A stretch of DNA of 49,390 nucleotides from Pseudomonadota bacterium (GTDB lineage Bacteria > Pseudomonadota > Alphaproteobacteria > Paracaedibacterales > CAIOTO01), in contig JAZKDQ010000006.1 in the NCBI GenBank assembly GCA_040387495.1, positions 1 through 49,390 of the forward strand. The letters run 5' to 3'. Both the position numbers and the translations under genes were made by a program. Under the pieces are notes generated by a model. That model saw nothing but the letters and a program-made list of their open reading frames with translations. It was not told the DNA's origin and did not search any database. Shown piece after piece: positions 48,457 to 49,390 of this stretch; the stretch's first letter is position 1, and each line of letters opens with the position of its first letter.

Positions 48457-49390
48457 CTAATCCCCTAGGACATATGCCAATATTGCATTTTGCACCAACG
48501 TTCCTTTTGCCGTAAGCTGCAACTGCGCCTCACCTGGCATTAGCAAACCTTCTTTTCGAAGTGCCTCAAGCCGAGTATTTTCAAACGCTGTGAACGCGCG
48601 CCCCAGCGATGCAACAGCAATTCCACATTTAAGTCTCAGTCCCATTAGCAGGCGCTCTTTAAACTGTTCGTCTTGGGTTAAAAGTATTACCGATTGATCG
48701 CCTGTTCCTTTTTCAGAAACAGCTTTGTGCCATAATTCAGGTGCCTTTATTTGCTGCGTTGCGACTCGATCACCATTTGCAAGATGAATGCGGCCATGCG
48801 CACCAGGACCAACGCCTACGTAATCACCATAGTTCCAATAGGTCAGATTATGCTGGCATTCTTTCCCTGGGCGCGCGTGATTTGACACCTCGTAACCTGG
48901 CAGACCCGCTGCCTCTGTCATTTCTTGCGTCAATTGGAACAAATGATATGCTTCGTTTTCCTCTGGAATAATAAGTTCACCCCGCTTATGCAGCGGCGCA
49001 AAAGCCGTGCCCGGCTCAATTGTTAATTGATACAACGATAGATGTTCCGTACCAAAAGATAATGCTGTTGCAAGCTCTGTCTGCCATGCATTAAGTGTTT
49101 GGTTCATGCGCGCATAAATTAAATCAAAAGATACCCGATCAAATGTATTTCGTGCAATCTCAAGCGCTTTAAGCGCTTCGACCACTGTATGTTTCCGCCC
49201 AAGCGCTTTTAAGTCAGCATCATTCAACGCCTGAATACCTATCGACAATCGATTCACACCTGCTTGGCGATAGCCCTTAAAGCGCGCTGCCTCGACCGAG
49301 CCAGGGTTGGCTTCCATCGATATTTCAAGATTTGGCGCTGTCTGCCACAACGTTGTCGCAGCATTAATAACTGCTGCCACGGCCTCTGGT
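48457..49390 (-). CDS. hemW: Radical SAM heme chaperone HemW (5' end outside the window)
   Basis: EISMEANP, GVNRLSIGIQ, DLIYAR, HLSLYQLTIEPGT, YEVSN, HNL.YW, GVGPGAHG. Confidence 0.93.
   Translation of the reverse strand, partial: PEAVAAVINAATTLWQTAPNLEISMEANPGSVEAARFKGYRQAGVNRLSIGIQALNDADLKALGRKHTVVEALKALEIARNTFDRVSFDLIYARMNQTLNAWQTELATALSFGTEHLSLYQLTIEPGTAFAPLHKRGELIIPEENEAYHLFQLTQEMTEAAGLPGYEVSNHARPGKECQHNLTYWNYGDYVGVGPGAHGRIHLANGDRVATQQIKAPELWHKAVSEKGTGDQSVILLTQDEQFKERLLMGLRLKCGIAVASLGRAFTAFENTRLEALRKEGLLMPGEAQLQLTAKGTLVQNAILAYVLGD

Overview
AT-rich alphaproteobacterial chromosome segment. C4-type hemA, nrnC, the tRNA-Tyr/Gly-tuf unit, a DUF2608-like gene, a partial T6SS, RPE-like palindromes and broken operons suggest a protist endosymbiont, probably Holosporales (inference). 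About 1-8.7 kb is an AT-richer accessory block: a Pro-rich ORF, a triple-BON protein, an MFS transporter and a tandemly duplicated four-gene cassette (exported LEA-like protein, lipoprotein, small LEA-like protein, membrane-anchored coiled coil), each copy with its own sigma70 promoter. Then come an orphan petB, a signal-peptide GNAT, a tssB-tssC-hcp-tssE cluster and housekeeping genes (ccmA, prmA, hbd, hemA, secB, ubiH-family, ymdB, pgpA, truA, sdhB, sfsA, tuf, ruvA, NAD-GDH, ftsB, eno, der, bamB, nrnC, hemW) with four tRNAs. Interspersed are Sec-exported low-complexity proteins (Asr-like, Gly/Met/Asn/Gln prion-like, Ser-rich, two NHL-repeat proteins), a 2H-phosphoesterase-like protein and an exported GT90 glycosyltransferase. 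CtrA-type TTAA-N7-TTAA boxes lie upstream of the T6SS cluster, three exported proteins and gdh, suggesting a developmental regulon. There is a 100-N scaffold gap at 29036-29135. All family calls come from motif recognition, not database searches.
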